Positions 26,741 to 38,392 of a stretch of 64,000 nt of DNA are shown here, piece by piece. The notes below the pieces were generated by a model that saw only the letters and a program-made list of their open reading frames with translations, was not told the DNA's origin and searched no databases. This stretch comes from Stegostoma tigrinum (lineage: Eukaryota), in contig NC_081390.1 of NCBI RefSeq assembly GCF_030684315.1, positions 12,400,001 to 12,464,000 on the forward strand, given 5' to 3'. A program made the translations under genes and the position numbers. Numbering within the stretch: position 1 is the first letter of the stretch; each line of letters begins with the position of its first letter.

Positions 26741-29604
26741 GATGGACAGCATTTAATATACACAAACATGGTCTGCCATGTTCATCATGAGTGGTGGGAT
26801 GGTAAACTTTATAACCTGAAGTATAAGACACAACACAAGGCACAGGGAGTCCATTCCAGGAAAATGAAATTGACAACAATGTTCTTATAATGGCAAAGGA
26901 GATATCAATATCATAAATTGAAATCACTATAATCAATTGTTTTGTGTGATCTATACAGCATAAATTCTATAATATTTTGCATGTCCTACAGGGTATATAT
27001 ACTGTAATATTTTGCATATACTGTGGGGTATATATATGTCAGTGTGATGTGTGTTTCCTCCTGTCCTATGCATTATAAATTATATTTCTTTCTCATTCCT
27101 TTTTCAGCTGACTGGGAGCTCCGGAGGGGTTGGGAGTGTTTGGAAAGATTATATATCTCGTCGGCACCATTTCAAATGTATTTCTGCTCCTGATCAACTT
27201 GCTGTCAATGTTACAAAGATGCCTGTTGTTTGGGGTTCTCTTGGGACACAGAAGATGTGAGGGGCTTGGGCAGGACAGGGGTGCCAGAAACGCTCCGGTT
27301 ACGCTCAAACCCCTGGAAGTACATTAGCTCACTCATATGACCGAGCAAAATTAACATGGACTGGGCGGCAGATGTACAGTGAGTTTTACGGATGGTGATG
27401 GAATCGTGGTGCTCAGTGGTATGGCTTGTGTTTCCTGGACGGATTTGCTGACAAGCCATGAACACCAGAGTAATGGAAGTCATCACTCTACATCGAGATG
27501 TCTCGGCAAGGAACAGATCCCAGTACAATCATCGTTCAATTATCAATCATCAGTGAGAATTCCGACAACCTCCAGGAGATTTAGGTTTTCCCCAGGAGAG
27601 GGGGGCTATTTAACTCTCCTGAGGCCAGCGGAGCTTCTCGTCTGCGAATTCTAGGGTTGGGGATTCAGTTCTAAGCAATAAACGCCGTTCGCCGACCCTA
27701 GAGGGGGGGCGGTCTCAATCAGCTTAAAGCCTGGATTCCCTGTAGATGCTTCAGGGAGAACTCATCAGGATGAGAGACTAGTTCCTTGTTGGGAATTTGT
27801 CAGTGGCTCACTGGGAGCCCTGATCTTCGGGCTGATTTCATTCAAGCGAGAGCACATTTCACTCTCCGTGTTTTCCACTGCATACCATCTACTCCGAGTC
27901 TGAACTGCAAGATCATTTATTCCGCATGTTTACCCTCTGCAAGCAAGCCTGTCCTTCTGAGAGGCACTAATGGACGGCAATTGGGAGCAGAGCAATACTG
28001 GGATGGGCAATCGGAAATTTGTATCAGCCACCCCATTGAAAAAGCCCGATCGGGGTAATGCCATTTTAACAGGCAAGGCGCCCGAGTTAACGCCCATTTG
28101 GACGCTGTCAAAAGCTAACCGAGACAAGCCGTTCCAGCAGCGATTGAGTGCACTGATTTCAAAGCACTTTCAGCTCTTTCCAAAGATTGCATAACGTTTA
28201 CAGAGTAGTTTAACAGTATCTGCATTAGCAATTGAAGCCCTCCCTTGGACACTGAGTAATCTGCACAGTTCCCCACTCACATCCCCATTGAGTTGGGGTG
28301 CGGCCCGAATGCACTGCAAACGTTCCTCAAGTTTGGCCGCTTCTTAAAATGTTCGGAATCAAAGTCGCAGTGGGGCTTGTTTTTTTTCAAAAAGCTCTCC
28401 CGCGTGCAGATGTTAACAATATCATTACTCAGTGTCTGGTTCCACTTAAAATTAACAGTAAGTGAAAGACCAAAAATTAGGCTGGGCTGAATTAATTACT
28501 AACAACATATGTCAAACGACAAAGAGCTTTTAACATGCATCTTCCCCCGGCTCCAAGCCTCCGCTCCTCTCTGACAGTCAGCTGGTTATAAACAAAACAC
28601 GTTTTGTACGTATTTTTTTAAAAATAACTATATTTCAGGCAGGCACATAAATCGCGACTTAGCAAATTCAGAGGTGGCTATTTTACTTGCTTCGTGGAGT
28701 TTGCCATTTTCATTGCTTGTCCTCAAAAGCCCAAAAAAATTCCCAGTGGTTCTATGTTATCTGCAGGATCAGCGTTACAAAGGGGCGCTCTTGTTTTATT
28801 GGGATTGTGATCGACAGACAACATTTACATCCGAACACAGATATCTCATTTCTATTCAAGGCTACTCTCCTACAACGAAAACCCTATTTCCCACAAACTC
28901 TCCTAACGGTGCACTTTCAAACGTGCAGGTATTCAGCAAGATGTATGTCTCAGTCAGATTTTTTTTTGTTTTTAAGCAGCACTTGAACTTTAAGGGAGAA
29001 ACACAACATCCATGAAGAGGGTGATGTGGAGTATAATTTTTGTAGAGATTTACAGTGACCCAGTTGTCGCCGGAGGGTTTTGTGAATTAAACTGGAGACT
29101 GAGGGCAAATTGCAAATTTGGAGGCCTAATGAAATGCTCTATCTGTTGGTCTCTCGGATAATTGTGGCAAAACCGCTTCGAAATGTTACATATGTTCTTG
29201 CCTTATATGTTTACTTGCTGAGCGCAATCTTTTTAATTTGAGCTGAGTCTATGGCTCTCTTTTGTTTGTGCGTTTTACACGTAAAACAGCAAAATATTGA
29301 TTTAATGTAAATTGGGTGCAACACACGCCAAAATTTGACAGCCATTCCGCCGTGGCTGATCTCGAGTCCCAGGCTGAAAAGTTGACCTGCTGAAACCGAT
29401 CGAAATGGACCGAGTGACAATGATCGCGTGTGCTTTTGAAGTTGATGACTTAATTAATTTGATGAGTCGACGAATGAATTTAAAGACGATAGCAATTAGA
29501 ATCCTATTTGTACTTAATACGTTACAGACTGGATGCAACACACTCCTAAAAGTTCTAAAATATAATGATTGATTGAATTTACTTTAGCACTAATGTTGTC
29601 AAAC

Positions 29605-29760
29605 AGAAACAACAAACAGAAATTGCGTCTGTGGAAGGTTCACCGAACCCGAAACGTTAAAACTCTGCTTTCTCTCCACAGAAGCTGCCAGACCTGCTGA
29701 GTTCTAGCAGCGATTTATGTTTTCTTTACAGATTTACAACATCTGCAGTTTCTGTTTTAA
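29605..29760 (+). mobile_element. Penelope-like short repeat
   Basis: CTGTGGAAGGTTCACCGAACCCGAAACGTTAA (hammerhead-like, A6 substituted) followed by the family arm. Confidence 0.65.
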
Positions 29761-31664
29761 CTTTACAAGTAGTTAAAACTTTATAGGCAGAAGTTTAAGA
29801 GAAGCATTTTAGCCATCTATCTATCTATCTAAAATCCAGCCATCAAACCAAGTACATCTCTGGGGTCTCCCCTTGTATTGTGTAGCCGCATCACGGACAG
29901 ACACGGGAAAGGCTCGAGTGGGTCACTGATAGAATTATTTTAAGTAGGGCTTTTGAGAAATCGGGAGGGGGGAGAGCGACTTATACGTTTGGATTTCCAT
30001 TTGGAAAAAGTTTTAAATTCCTTGTTCGTGGTATTAAGTTTATAGTATGGACAGTTTTTAAGGGTACGCCCGCCACGCAGCCCCGCACCCCAATCCCAAA
30101 AAAGACGTGTGAACTCAATAGCTATTCATGAAGTTTAGCCCAACTCGAAACGAACAATGTTCGTACAGAAGAACTACAGAAAATGCATTAAAATAATCAG
30201 GAACGTGAAATTTCACAAGAGTGTAATCCGGTTGAAGGTGGGCTCAGGCGCAACGGCCAATACTAACGAAAGCTCCGATATAACGAATATAGATTAATGA
30301 TGACCAATTACTTAAAATATAACCAGTCTATTTTTAACTCCCTTTACAGGTTATTGGGGCCTTATGTCATTTACTGCCATTTTTGTACCCTCCTTTATGG
30401 CATGTGTTCCGCAAAACTGACACTTCTGGCTGTTACAATAAGAGGAACACGGATTGCCAAAGTAGCAACTTACTTCAGGCTCTGTTCCAGCTGAACTCTT
30501 CCTACCTGAAACGCTGCGATCTGTCCGCCTTTGACCACATCACAGAACCCGGGCGGATAATGAGAATGCAGTAACTATACGACCCTCCAGCGCTGCATCC
30601 CGTACACGCAAAACTTTCGTTTCTCTTCCAGAGGGCGACAAGGCAAGAGCATTTATTTAATTCAGTTAATGTTTTGGGGTACGGGGCATTCGATTCAATG
30701 TTAACAGGACCAATGTATAAACTGGGTCCTGGAATGTAAATTCAAACGAAGTGAAGACGTTTGAGTTTCGTTTGTTTAATTGAGTGGAAATGTTATAATT
30801 GATTATAACCCTTGCGAAGTCAACACTTCGAATGTAACTGTAAAAATAAGTGTGCAGTCTAAGATACGTTAAAACCCACAATGAGAAACACTAGGAAGGG
30901 AGTCTTTGCTAACAAACGCTCTGTGAAATGTTGTTGAAATGAACGTACGTTTGGCAGTTTTTGGATAAGGCTGGCGCGGTGTCTTTCAGACGCAGCTGTG
31001 CTCTCACTGTTTGGGCTAGTGCATCCGTGACACATCCTTGACTCCAACACCTTTCCCCCAGGCCGCAGTTTCGTTCGGTCCGATATTCCTGTTTAATGCA
31101 AGCCTAGTCAAGAGCGTCCTTCCTAACCTCTCGCCGACTACAGCCCAAAACGGGTGTTTCTTTCAAATAGCAAGGAGAGGAGCAGTGGGGTTTACCTCAC
31201 ACATGCGACAAGTTGCTGCTGAGAATATGAAGAGAAGTACTTCTGGAAGAATTTTACAAAATAACAACCGTTTCTTGAATCACCCCGAACCCGTGAGGGG
31301 CGGAGGAAGTGGGGAAAGTAGATTTGATGGATTTCTAACGCGGGATGCTTTCTACAGGAATTTGTCCTTACTCCAATCTCCCCAAGACCAGTGGAATCTT
31401 ACCCTCTTGTCAGGATCAATGGCTCGAACGCTTACTAAAAAAAAATCAGTTACTCCAGCGAGGCCAAAACGAAACAAATGCATCTTCATTTCATTAAAAC
31501 GATCTTATTTAAAGATAATTTCAGAGCTTACTTTTTTTCTTTTACAGAATTTCTGTCCAATAATGGCAAATGTTATGCGTGATAAGTTTGCAAATCTGTT
31601 TAAAGCGGACTTCTTGCAAACTTTCAAATCATTACTTCGTGAGAACCGAGATAAAATAACATTT

Positions 31665-31798
31665 AAAAACCAAAAGAACTGCAGATGCTGTAAATCAGGA
31701 ACAAAAACAAAGTTGCTGGAAAAGCTCAGCACGTCTGGCAGCATCTGTGGAGGAGAAAACAGAGTTAATGTTTTCGGTCCGGTTACCCTGCCTCAGAA
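31665..31798 (-). mobile_element. Penelope-like short repeat, single arm
   Basis: Near-identical to the left arm of the 18139-18351 copy; AACATTT flanks both sides. Confidence 0.7.
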
Positions 31799-32894
31799 CA
31801 TTTGATGTGTCATAGGAGAGGACTAAATTCTATCACCTATTGAGTGCTGACCGCTCTCCCATCGCCTGAAATGCATCCAGTTTGTATCGCTCTCTCACTA
31901 AAAACCAGCGATCAGAGGCGAATCCATGTGAATGTGGGGAATTGAATTCGCTCCTGTTTTTACGGTAAACGGTTTCCAACGAACGGCTGATGAGAATTTT
32001 CCGGTGAACGGGGTCCTGAGTGAGCTTGCCCAGACGTGTCAGGGCCGTGCTAATTTATGGTGCATCGCTTAAGTTTGAGTTTTAATTAAGTGCAAACCGG
32101 CGCCCGCGTCGCTTGTGATTATCAGGCACCGAGAACAATCACCATTTTTTTAAAGAAAGGTCTGCAGTCCCAAAAAAACGTGTCAAATTTAGAAGCAAAA
32201 AGTTAGCAGTAAAATCGGTTAGGGTTCGGAATGTGTTCGGCATGCAAAGCGACTGATATCTATATGATGACCTGTGTGTCTCTGTGTGTATATGTTACAG
32301 GAAGCTTTATAAAAAAATTTCTTGACGTTGTAAGAATATTCTTAGCACAGGACTAGAGTACTGTCGAGCAAACATGAAAGTTCTGAGGACAATTGGTTAA
32401 GTTTGGTTAACGGTTCTTCTCTTGTTTGATCTTGCCGATGCTGGCGCCTTTCATAACATAACTTGTCTGCCTATTAAATGCCTTGACTTATCTTGAAGAA
32501 TTGCTTTTGCTTTTAGATGAACCATGGCTTTGGCTGAGAGGAGGGGGGTCGTGGCGTTGCAGGGACTAGGACAGACAAGAAGGAAGATTGCCCTAATTGA
32601 AAATATGCAGAAAATGTATTTTGAACCACTCATACTTAAGAAGCTTTTAGTTAAATACCAGGCGAGCTGGTTATTTTTGTTTGTCTAATTCTCTGAAAGT
32701 ATGGTTTCAATAAGTAGCTCGTAATGAGAATGAGATCTTGCTAAAGGCTGCCCCACTGCTTAATTGCGTTGAAATTGCTCCTGCGACCGTGTTCCAAGGA
32801 GCAAGTCGCCCCTGAGCTATCAATAAACGTGCCCAGCAAGAGATCTCTGAGTAACTCCTCATTTCTTTTAGAATGATCGCTGCCTTTTACAACC

Positions 32895-33000
32895 CAGAAA
32901 CCAATCGGCTCCGCTTTCTGCTCGTCAGCTCCCTGAGCCTGTCATCTCATTGGAGGGCAGCAGCATGACAGCAAACCCTCTCAGAAGTTTAAAGCGGATC
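32895..33000 (+). promoter_or_regulatory. Probable Msx proximal promoter
   Basis: CCAAT at 32901, reverse CCAAT (ATTGG) at 32949 and TATA-like TTTAAA at 32988-32993, 145-240 nt upstream of the ATG. Confidence 0.5.
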
Positions 33001-33137
33001 TAACTCGGCTCCAAGGCGTAGGCAAGTCAGACTTGAGGAGCTTGACTTTGGGAGCGTCTCTCTCTGGCCCTCCATGTCAAACAGAAGGGACTGAGAGCTT
33101 TACTGCACTGACTGACAAGTGCTTTACCCCCAGGTGT

Positions 33138-33546
33138 ATGGCCCCTTCCTGCCGGATGATGAGCACTGTCCAAGGCACACACAACCAGGGGATTAAAGAG
33201 CACAGAGACTCCGAGGCGGCAGCCAAGGGGCGAGACTGCAGCGACGCTTCCCTCATGGACTCGAATGGATGTAACTCTCAGATTTCCAGCCTCCCGTTCA
33301 GTGTGGAATCCTTGATCGCAAAGCGAAAGCCCTTCAGGAGCCAGGGCTCCCCCTCAGAGCCCTCAGTGCCTGCCGTCACCTCTTCAGCTTTAAAGGAGGA
33401 AAGCTCTTCCTCCTCCAGGACTTACTACCCTGGGGAAGACTTGCAGCACTTACCCGAGAATTCTTCTTCGCACGAACCCGAAAACCTTAGCCACAAGGAG
33501 CAATCCACTTGGGTTCAAAACAATCCTTCATATTCACCGCCTCCAA
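33138..33546 (+). CDS. msx3: Msx homeobox protein, exon 1 (probable Msx3 orthologue)
   Basis: The ATG at 33138 opens MAPSCRMM... The exon contains the Msx eh1 motif LPFSVESLI and a W..NPSYSPPP motif, and ends at A|GTAAGT (phase 1). The paralogue assignment is inferred from adjacency to znf511 and tubgcp2. Confidence 0.9.
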
Positions 33547-33565
33547 GTAAGTGCCGTATACGGCT

Positions 33566-34470
33566 TGCTCACTCACTCCTCTCAGCCTCACTCACTCCTC
33601 TCACCCTCGCTCACTCACTCACTCCTCTCACCCTCACTCACTCCTCTCACCCTCGCTCACTCACAGTCCTCTCACCCACTCACACATTCCTCTCACTTAT
33701 TCACTCCTCTCACTTACTCACTCTCACACACGTTCCTCTCACTCTCACTCACTCATTTCTCTCACTCTCACTCACGCACATTCCTCTCTTATTCACTCCT
33801 CACTCACTCACTTCTCACTCTCACTCACTCACATTCCTCTCTCTTATTCACTCCTCTCACTGTCTCTCTCTCCTCTCACTCACTTCTCACTCACTCACTC
33901 ATTCCTCTCACTCACTCACATTCCACTCACTTATTCATTCCCCTCAGTCACTCACTTCTCTCACTCTCACACACTTCTCTCACTCACTCACTCATTCCGC
34001 TCGCTCACTCCTCTCTCTCTCCTTTCACTTATGCACTCCTTTCTCACTCACTCACTTCTCTAACTCTCACTCATTCCTCTCACTCATTCCTCTCACTCAC
34101 TCCTCTCACTCACTCCTCTCTCTCACTCACTCATTCACTCACGCTCCCTCACTCATTCTTTCTCACTCATTCACTTATTCCTCTCGTTCGGAATCACTCC
34201 CTCAGTCATTCTCTCACTCACATTGACTAGCCCATGCCTTTCCCCCACCACTCATTCATTCACTTCTTCACTCATCCCTCTCATTCCTGCACATCACTCA
34301 TTTACTCTTTCATTTCTCTGACTAGCTCCTCATTTTCACTCACTCATTCCCTCTTGTACTCACTGCCTCTTGTATTCACTCTCCCTCATTCATCTCATTT
34401 ACTCACTAACTTATTCCCCTCTTTCACTCCTATTAGTAATTTATTCCTCTCTCCCATTCATTCCCCCTGA
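33566..34470. repeat. Degenerate (CTCA/CT)n microsatellite in the Msx intron
   Basis: About 900 nt of CACT/CTCT/CATT units, almost devoid of G on the + strand. Confidence 0.95.
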
Positions 34471-35149
34471 AACTCCTTCCCTCCTTACCTCACTGGGGGG
34501 ATGTGAGGGCCGTCACACTGAACGGGCAGAATCGGGATTTTGCGTCGTTTTACTGTAGTTTCGCTTTTTATTCCGTAGAAGTGATTTCTTTTTAAAGACT
34601 TCTAATCTTTGACATCAGTTTAGAATGTAAATGGTGGGGCTTGGTGGAATTGTAGCAAGTTCCATGGAAGTACCTCAACTCCAGCAGTTTACTCATAAAC
34701 AATAATAAAATGCACAGATTGGACGACTTTCTTTAAAAAAAATCGTTCTTGACGAGCGGGAGTCGTTGGCAAGACCAGTAATTAATTTCTAACCTTCAAC
34801 TGCATTTGGATTTAGTGGCTTGCTAGGCCATTTCAGAGGGCCGTTAAGAGTCAACCACATTGCTATGGGTCTGGAATCACATGTCGAGTAAGGGGGGGGG
34901 GGGGCGCAGACACCCTTCACTGTAGGGCGGTAGTGAATGTGTCCGCTGCAAATTCCTCTATTTATTACCAGCATTTTATTTCGGATTTATGAACGAAATT
35001 TAAAATCCTGCCCCCCACCCCATACACATGCACATACACCAAGCATCTGCTGTAGAGGGGTTTGACCTCCTTTCGCCTGAGGACTAACTCGGGCCTCTAG
35101 ATTCCTAGGCCTGTAACATGGCCACTACATCACTGTCCTCATTTTGGAA

Positions 35150-35650
35150 CTGTGGGGCTTAAGACCAGATCGTGGGTTTTATATATATATACTGGGCTGT
35201 GGATTATAAACCAAACTGTGTTTTATAGACCACATCGTCTTTTGTAGACTGGACTGTGGATTATAGACTGAACTGTGGGTTATAGACTAAACTCGGGATT
35301 ATAGATTAGACTGTGGCTATAGACACACAGTGGGGTTTTAGTCAGGACCGTAAATTATAGATTGGAATATGATTTATAGACCTGACTTTGGGCTACAGAC
35401 TGGACTGTGTTCTCGACTGGACTGTGGTTATGGACTGGATTAAGTGGGTTATGGGCCTTACTGTGGGTTGTAAATTGGGCTGTGAGTTATACATTGGGTT
35501 ACAAACTGGGCTGTGGATTGTAAACTGGGTTGCGGGTTATAACCTGGGTTGTAGATTATAGACTGGGCTGTGGATTGTGAACGAAACTGCAGGTTGTAAC
35601 TTGGCTGCGGGTTACAGACGGGGCAGAGGGACACAGACTGGGCTGTGGGA
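35150..35650. repeat. ~19-20 bp minisatellite in the Msx intron
   Basis: Repeated GGACTGTGGATTATAGACT / GGGCTGTGGATTGTAAACT units. Confidence 0.85.
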
Positions 35651-36565
35651 CATTGAGAAATTCGTTAGAAACAGGATGGTGGTACAAACGTATATATACA
35701 AGTTTGTTGTTTAGACGAGTTAGGATTTGATTAGCAACAAAAAGTGACTCTAATGGCAAGTTTTGCCAACTTCAAACAATTGTGGATGTGTGCCCGCGTA
35801 TAGAAGTGTCCTCCCCACAGACCCCACTACGCAAAATCTTCTCCTTCCGATTGCATTTGATGTAATTGCATTTTAATTGCAATTCTACAAAATCCACGTT
35901 GAACTATTCTGAATAAAGACGCGGGCTAGTTATTGAATAAATGGAAGTCCAAATCAAACTGAGATCTGCAGGGAACAGTAAATGTATTCACTAGAAATGA
36001 GCAGGCTCTTTACTGACTCGGGAGTATCAGTCCTGCTAACGGACCCAAAGCCTTGGCACGGCGGTGTGTGGTTCTATGCACTCTCCCTAGGCCATTAACA
36101 GGCATTGAAATCTGATTGATTCGTTTGTTTCATAACTTAAATTGAAGTGAAAGGTATATTCCGGCTGCTGGGACGCTGCTCAACCTTATTCAAATAAAAG
36201 CGAATAACTCACTCGTTTTCCCTAGGCCCCATTCTAAATATTCTAGAACAGCGACAAACTTCTGAAGGGATAGAAAGTGGCCCTCAATTAAAGGAGACAT
36301 ATTGGAGTGGAAGGGGAGTTTGTGAGCCACTGACAGGGCGCTACATGCCCCAGTAGACTGCAGGGGTACGGAGCTCATTCCTCATCCTCTTCCAAATTGA
36401 TATCGAGCCAAAAAAAAAACCCTTCAAACATCCTTCCTTATTGCCTGTGAAAGACGAGAGTTAACAGAATGTGCTCCACATATAGGTAACAATATTCATA
36501 GAATGCTAACCCCACCAAACAGCGGCAAGGGCTTAAGCTAGATATTTATCCATACTAGGCTGTTC

Positions 36566-36728
36566 CACAGGCATTCTGGAACCTTGTTGCACAGGCACAC
36601 TGGAACATTGTTACAGTCAGGCAGGAACATTGTTACAATGTTCCAGTGTGCCTGTGTAACAATGTTCCTGTCTGACTGTGTAGCAATATTCAAGTTTGAC
36701 TGTGTAACAAGGTGTCAATTTGACTGTA
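36566..36728. repeat. ~23-24 bp unit array that switches orientation mid-array
   Basis: Three units like CACAGGCACACTGGAACATTGTT are followed by four reverse-complement units. Confidence 0.85.
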
Positions 36729-36937
36729 AAGATGCTCCCGTCCTGTGAGCGAATGTATTTAAGAAATTAAACGTCCCGTATAGAGGCCAGCTGTTGTCAT
36801 GGGGACAACCTTTGGGAAGTTTGTTTCTTGTGGAACTCTTTGTGCTTTTTCCGTTCTTTTCCTCAGGACTCGTGTAACTTCGGGCTACTCCCAGTGCCGC
36901 TGAAATTCATTTCTTTTCTCTCTGCCTTTGGTTGCAG

Positions 36938-37353
36938 GACACCCGAGCCCACCCCCGTGCACCCTGAGGAAACACAAAAACAACAGGAAGCCTCGAACCC
37001 CCTTCACAACGTCGCAACTGCTGTCGCTGGAGCGCAAGTTCCGCCAGAAACAGTACTTGTCGATCGCGGAGCGGGCCGAGTTCTCCAGTTCTCTCAACCT
37101 GACCGAGACCCAAGTCAAGATTTGGTTTCAGAACCGGCGAGCGAAGGCGAAGAGGCTGCAGGAGGCCGAACTGGAGAAACTCAAACTGGCTGCCAAGCCG
37201 TTGTTACCTTCCTTCGGCCTGCCGTTCCCTCTGGCCTCCCATCTCACTTCTCCCAACTTGTATGGACCGTCTAACGCTTTCCAACGGCCTGCTCTTCCAG
37301 TGCCGGGACTGTTCACCGCCCCGGTCACATACGGAATGTATTATTTGTCGTAA
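36938..37353 (+). CDS. msx3: Msx homeobox protein, exon 2 (homeodomain and C-terminus)
   Basis: Polypyrimidine tract then TTGCAG|GA; the phase matches exon 1 (A+GA=Arg). Encodes [66 protein letters not shown], and ends YGMYYLS-TAA as is typical of Msx. Spliced length is 825 nt = 274 aa. Confidence 0.97.
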
Positions 37354-38386
37354 GTTGTTGGAGAGACTAGCCCCTTGCCGTCTCTTAGGCATTGATGCCT
37401 GAGAGTCTACTGGGCAGAACCAGAGGGGGAAAGAAGCGTCATTCAGGGAATTCCAGAATCACTGCAACCCTCCCTCACATTGGCTTGTTTATATCGAAAC
37501 TGGGTTATTGACCCATTTAGTCATTCCTTTTCTCTTTTAAAAGTGCAATTAAAGTTCATCAAAATATACAGAATAATTTATATAGAAATCTCAGTCTCTG
37601 CAGATCAAAACAAAATCTGATTTCTATAAGAAGTGGGTGATAAAACGCCACATAATAAAGCTGCCATTTGATCTCAAGCACCATGGCTTCATTGATTGAT
37701 ACAGTGGACGTATGAACCTCGCAGCCTGCATTTTGTCCTGATTCTCGCTGTGAATTGGGAGGGTGGGGGGGGGGGGGGGGGGGAGAAAGCGTGTCGGATT
37801 CCCTTTCAACAATCGTATTGGAGGTTCGCCCGAGTCCCTGTAACCTTACTGCATATCTCGCGGGCGCTGTCGCTGAACCATTGTGTGTAAGAAGTGTCCT
37901 GGGTACAGGCCGCGACACAGACGGGGAGACTTTTTCTCATCAGAATGGAGAGCGCTATGACTTGGCAGTGTCATTTTCAACAACAACAAAAAATCATTGT
38001 CAAACTTTAAAGCAAACCCTTTGGAGAGGGAAAGTTGCACTGTATGGCCAGCTTTCTGTTCGATTGAGGAATTGCTCATCTGTTTTCGATCCGCTTTCAC
38101 TTCCTAATGTTCTGTATAGACTCGTGTAAATACAGAAATGTATCGATGGGTCTGGGATTGGCTTGAGTTTGATTTGGGACTTTGGTTTCGCAGCCGTGGC
38201 ATTTCTGAATCAGACCAGACCAGCCTGAAGATTGTTTACCAATATTTAAATATATATTAAGTGCATTTAAAATACGTTTTCTTTAAAAAAACTGTTTACA
38301 TTTTCTTAAATGGTGTACAGTTATGTTATGTGCAGATGGTAACATGGGTAACGAGAATTTCATGTGTTTTTGTACATTGATGATTA

Positions 38387-38392
38387 AATAAA
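38387..38392 (+). terminator. Probable Msx polyadenylation signal
   Basis: AATAAA follows an AU-rich distal 3'UTR and precedes a U-rich tract. A proximal AATAAA is also present at 37654. Confidence 0.55.

Noticed and set aside
1-27100. CALY/NSG-family exons expected from mammalian synteny
   Set aside because: I could not find NSG-type motifs by eye. Small exons could have been missed, so absence is not established.
31038-31805. 255-aa ORF upstream of Msx
   Set aside because: It has a non-ATG start and no recognisable domain, and its C-terminus is translated repeat sequence.
33033-34230. 397-aa ORF and overlapping 170-aa and 221-aa His/Ser/Leu/Thr-rich ORFs
   Set aside because: Only 33138-33546 is Msx exon 1. 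The remainder is read-through into a stop-poor microsatellite past a canonical GTAAGT donor.
35150-35650. Regularly spaced repeats that could suggest a CRISPR-like array
   Set aside because: These are contiguous degenerate tandem units with no unique spacers, in a vertebrate intron: a minisatellite.
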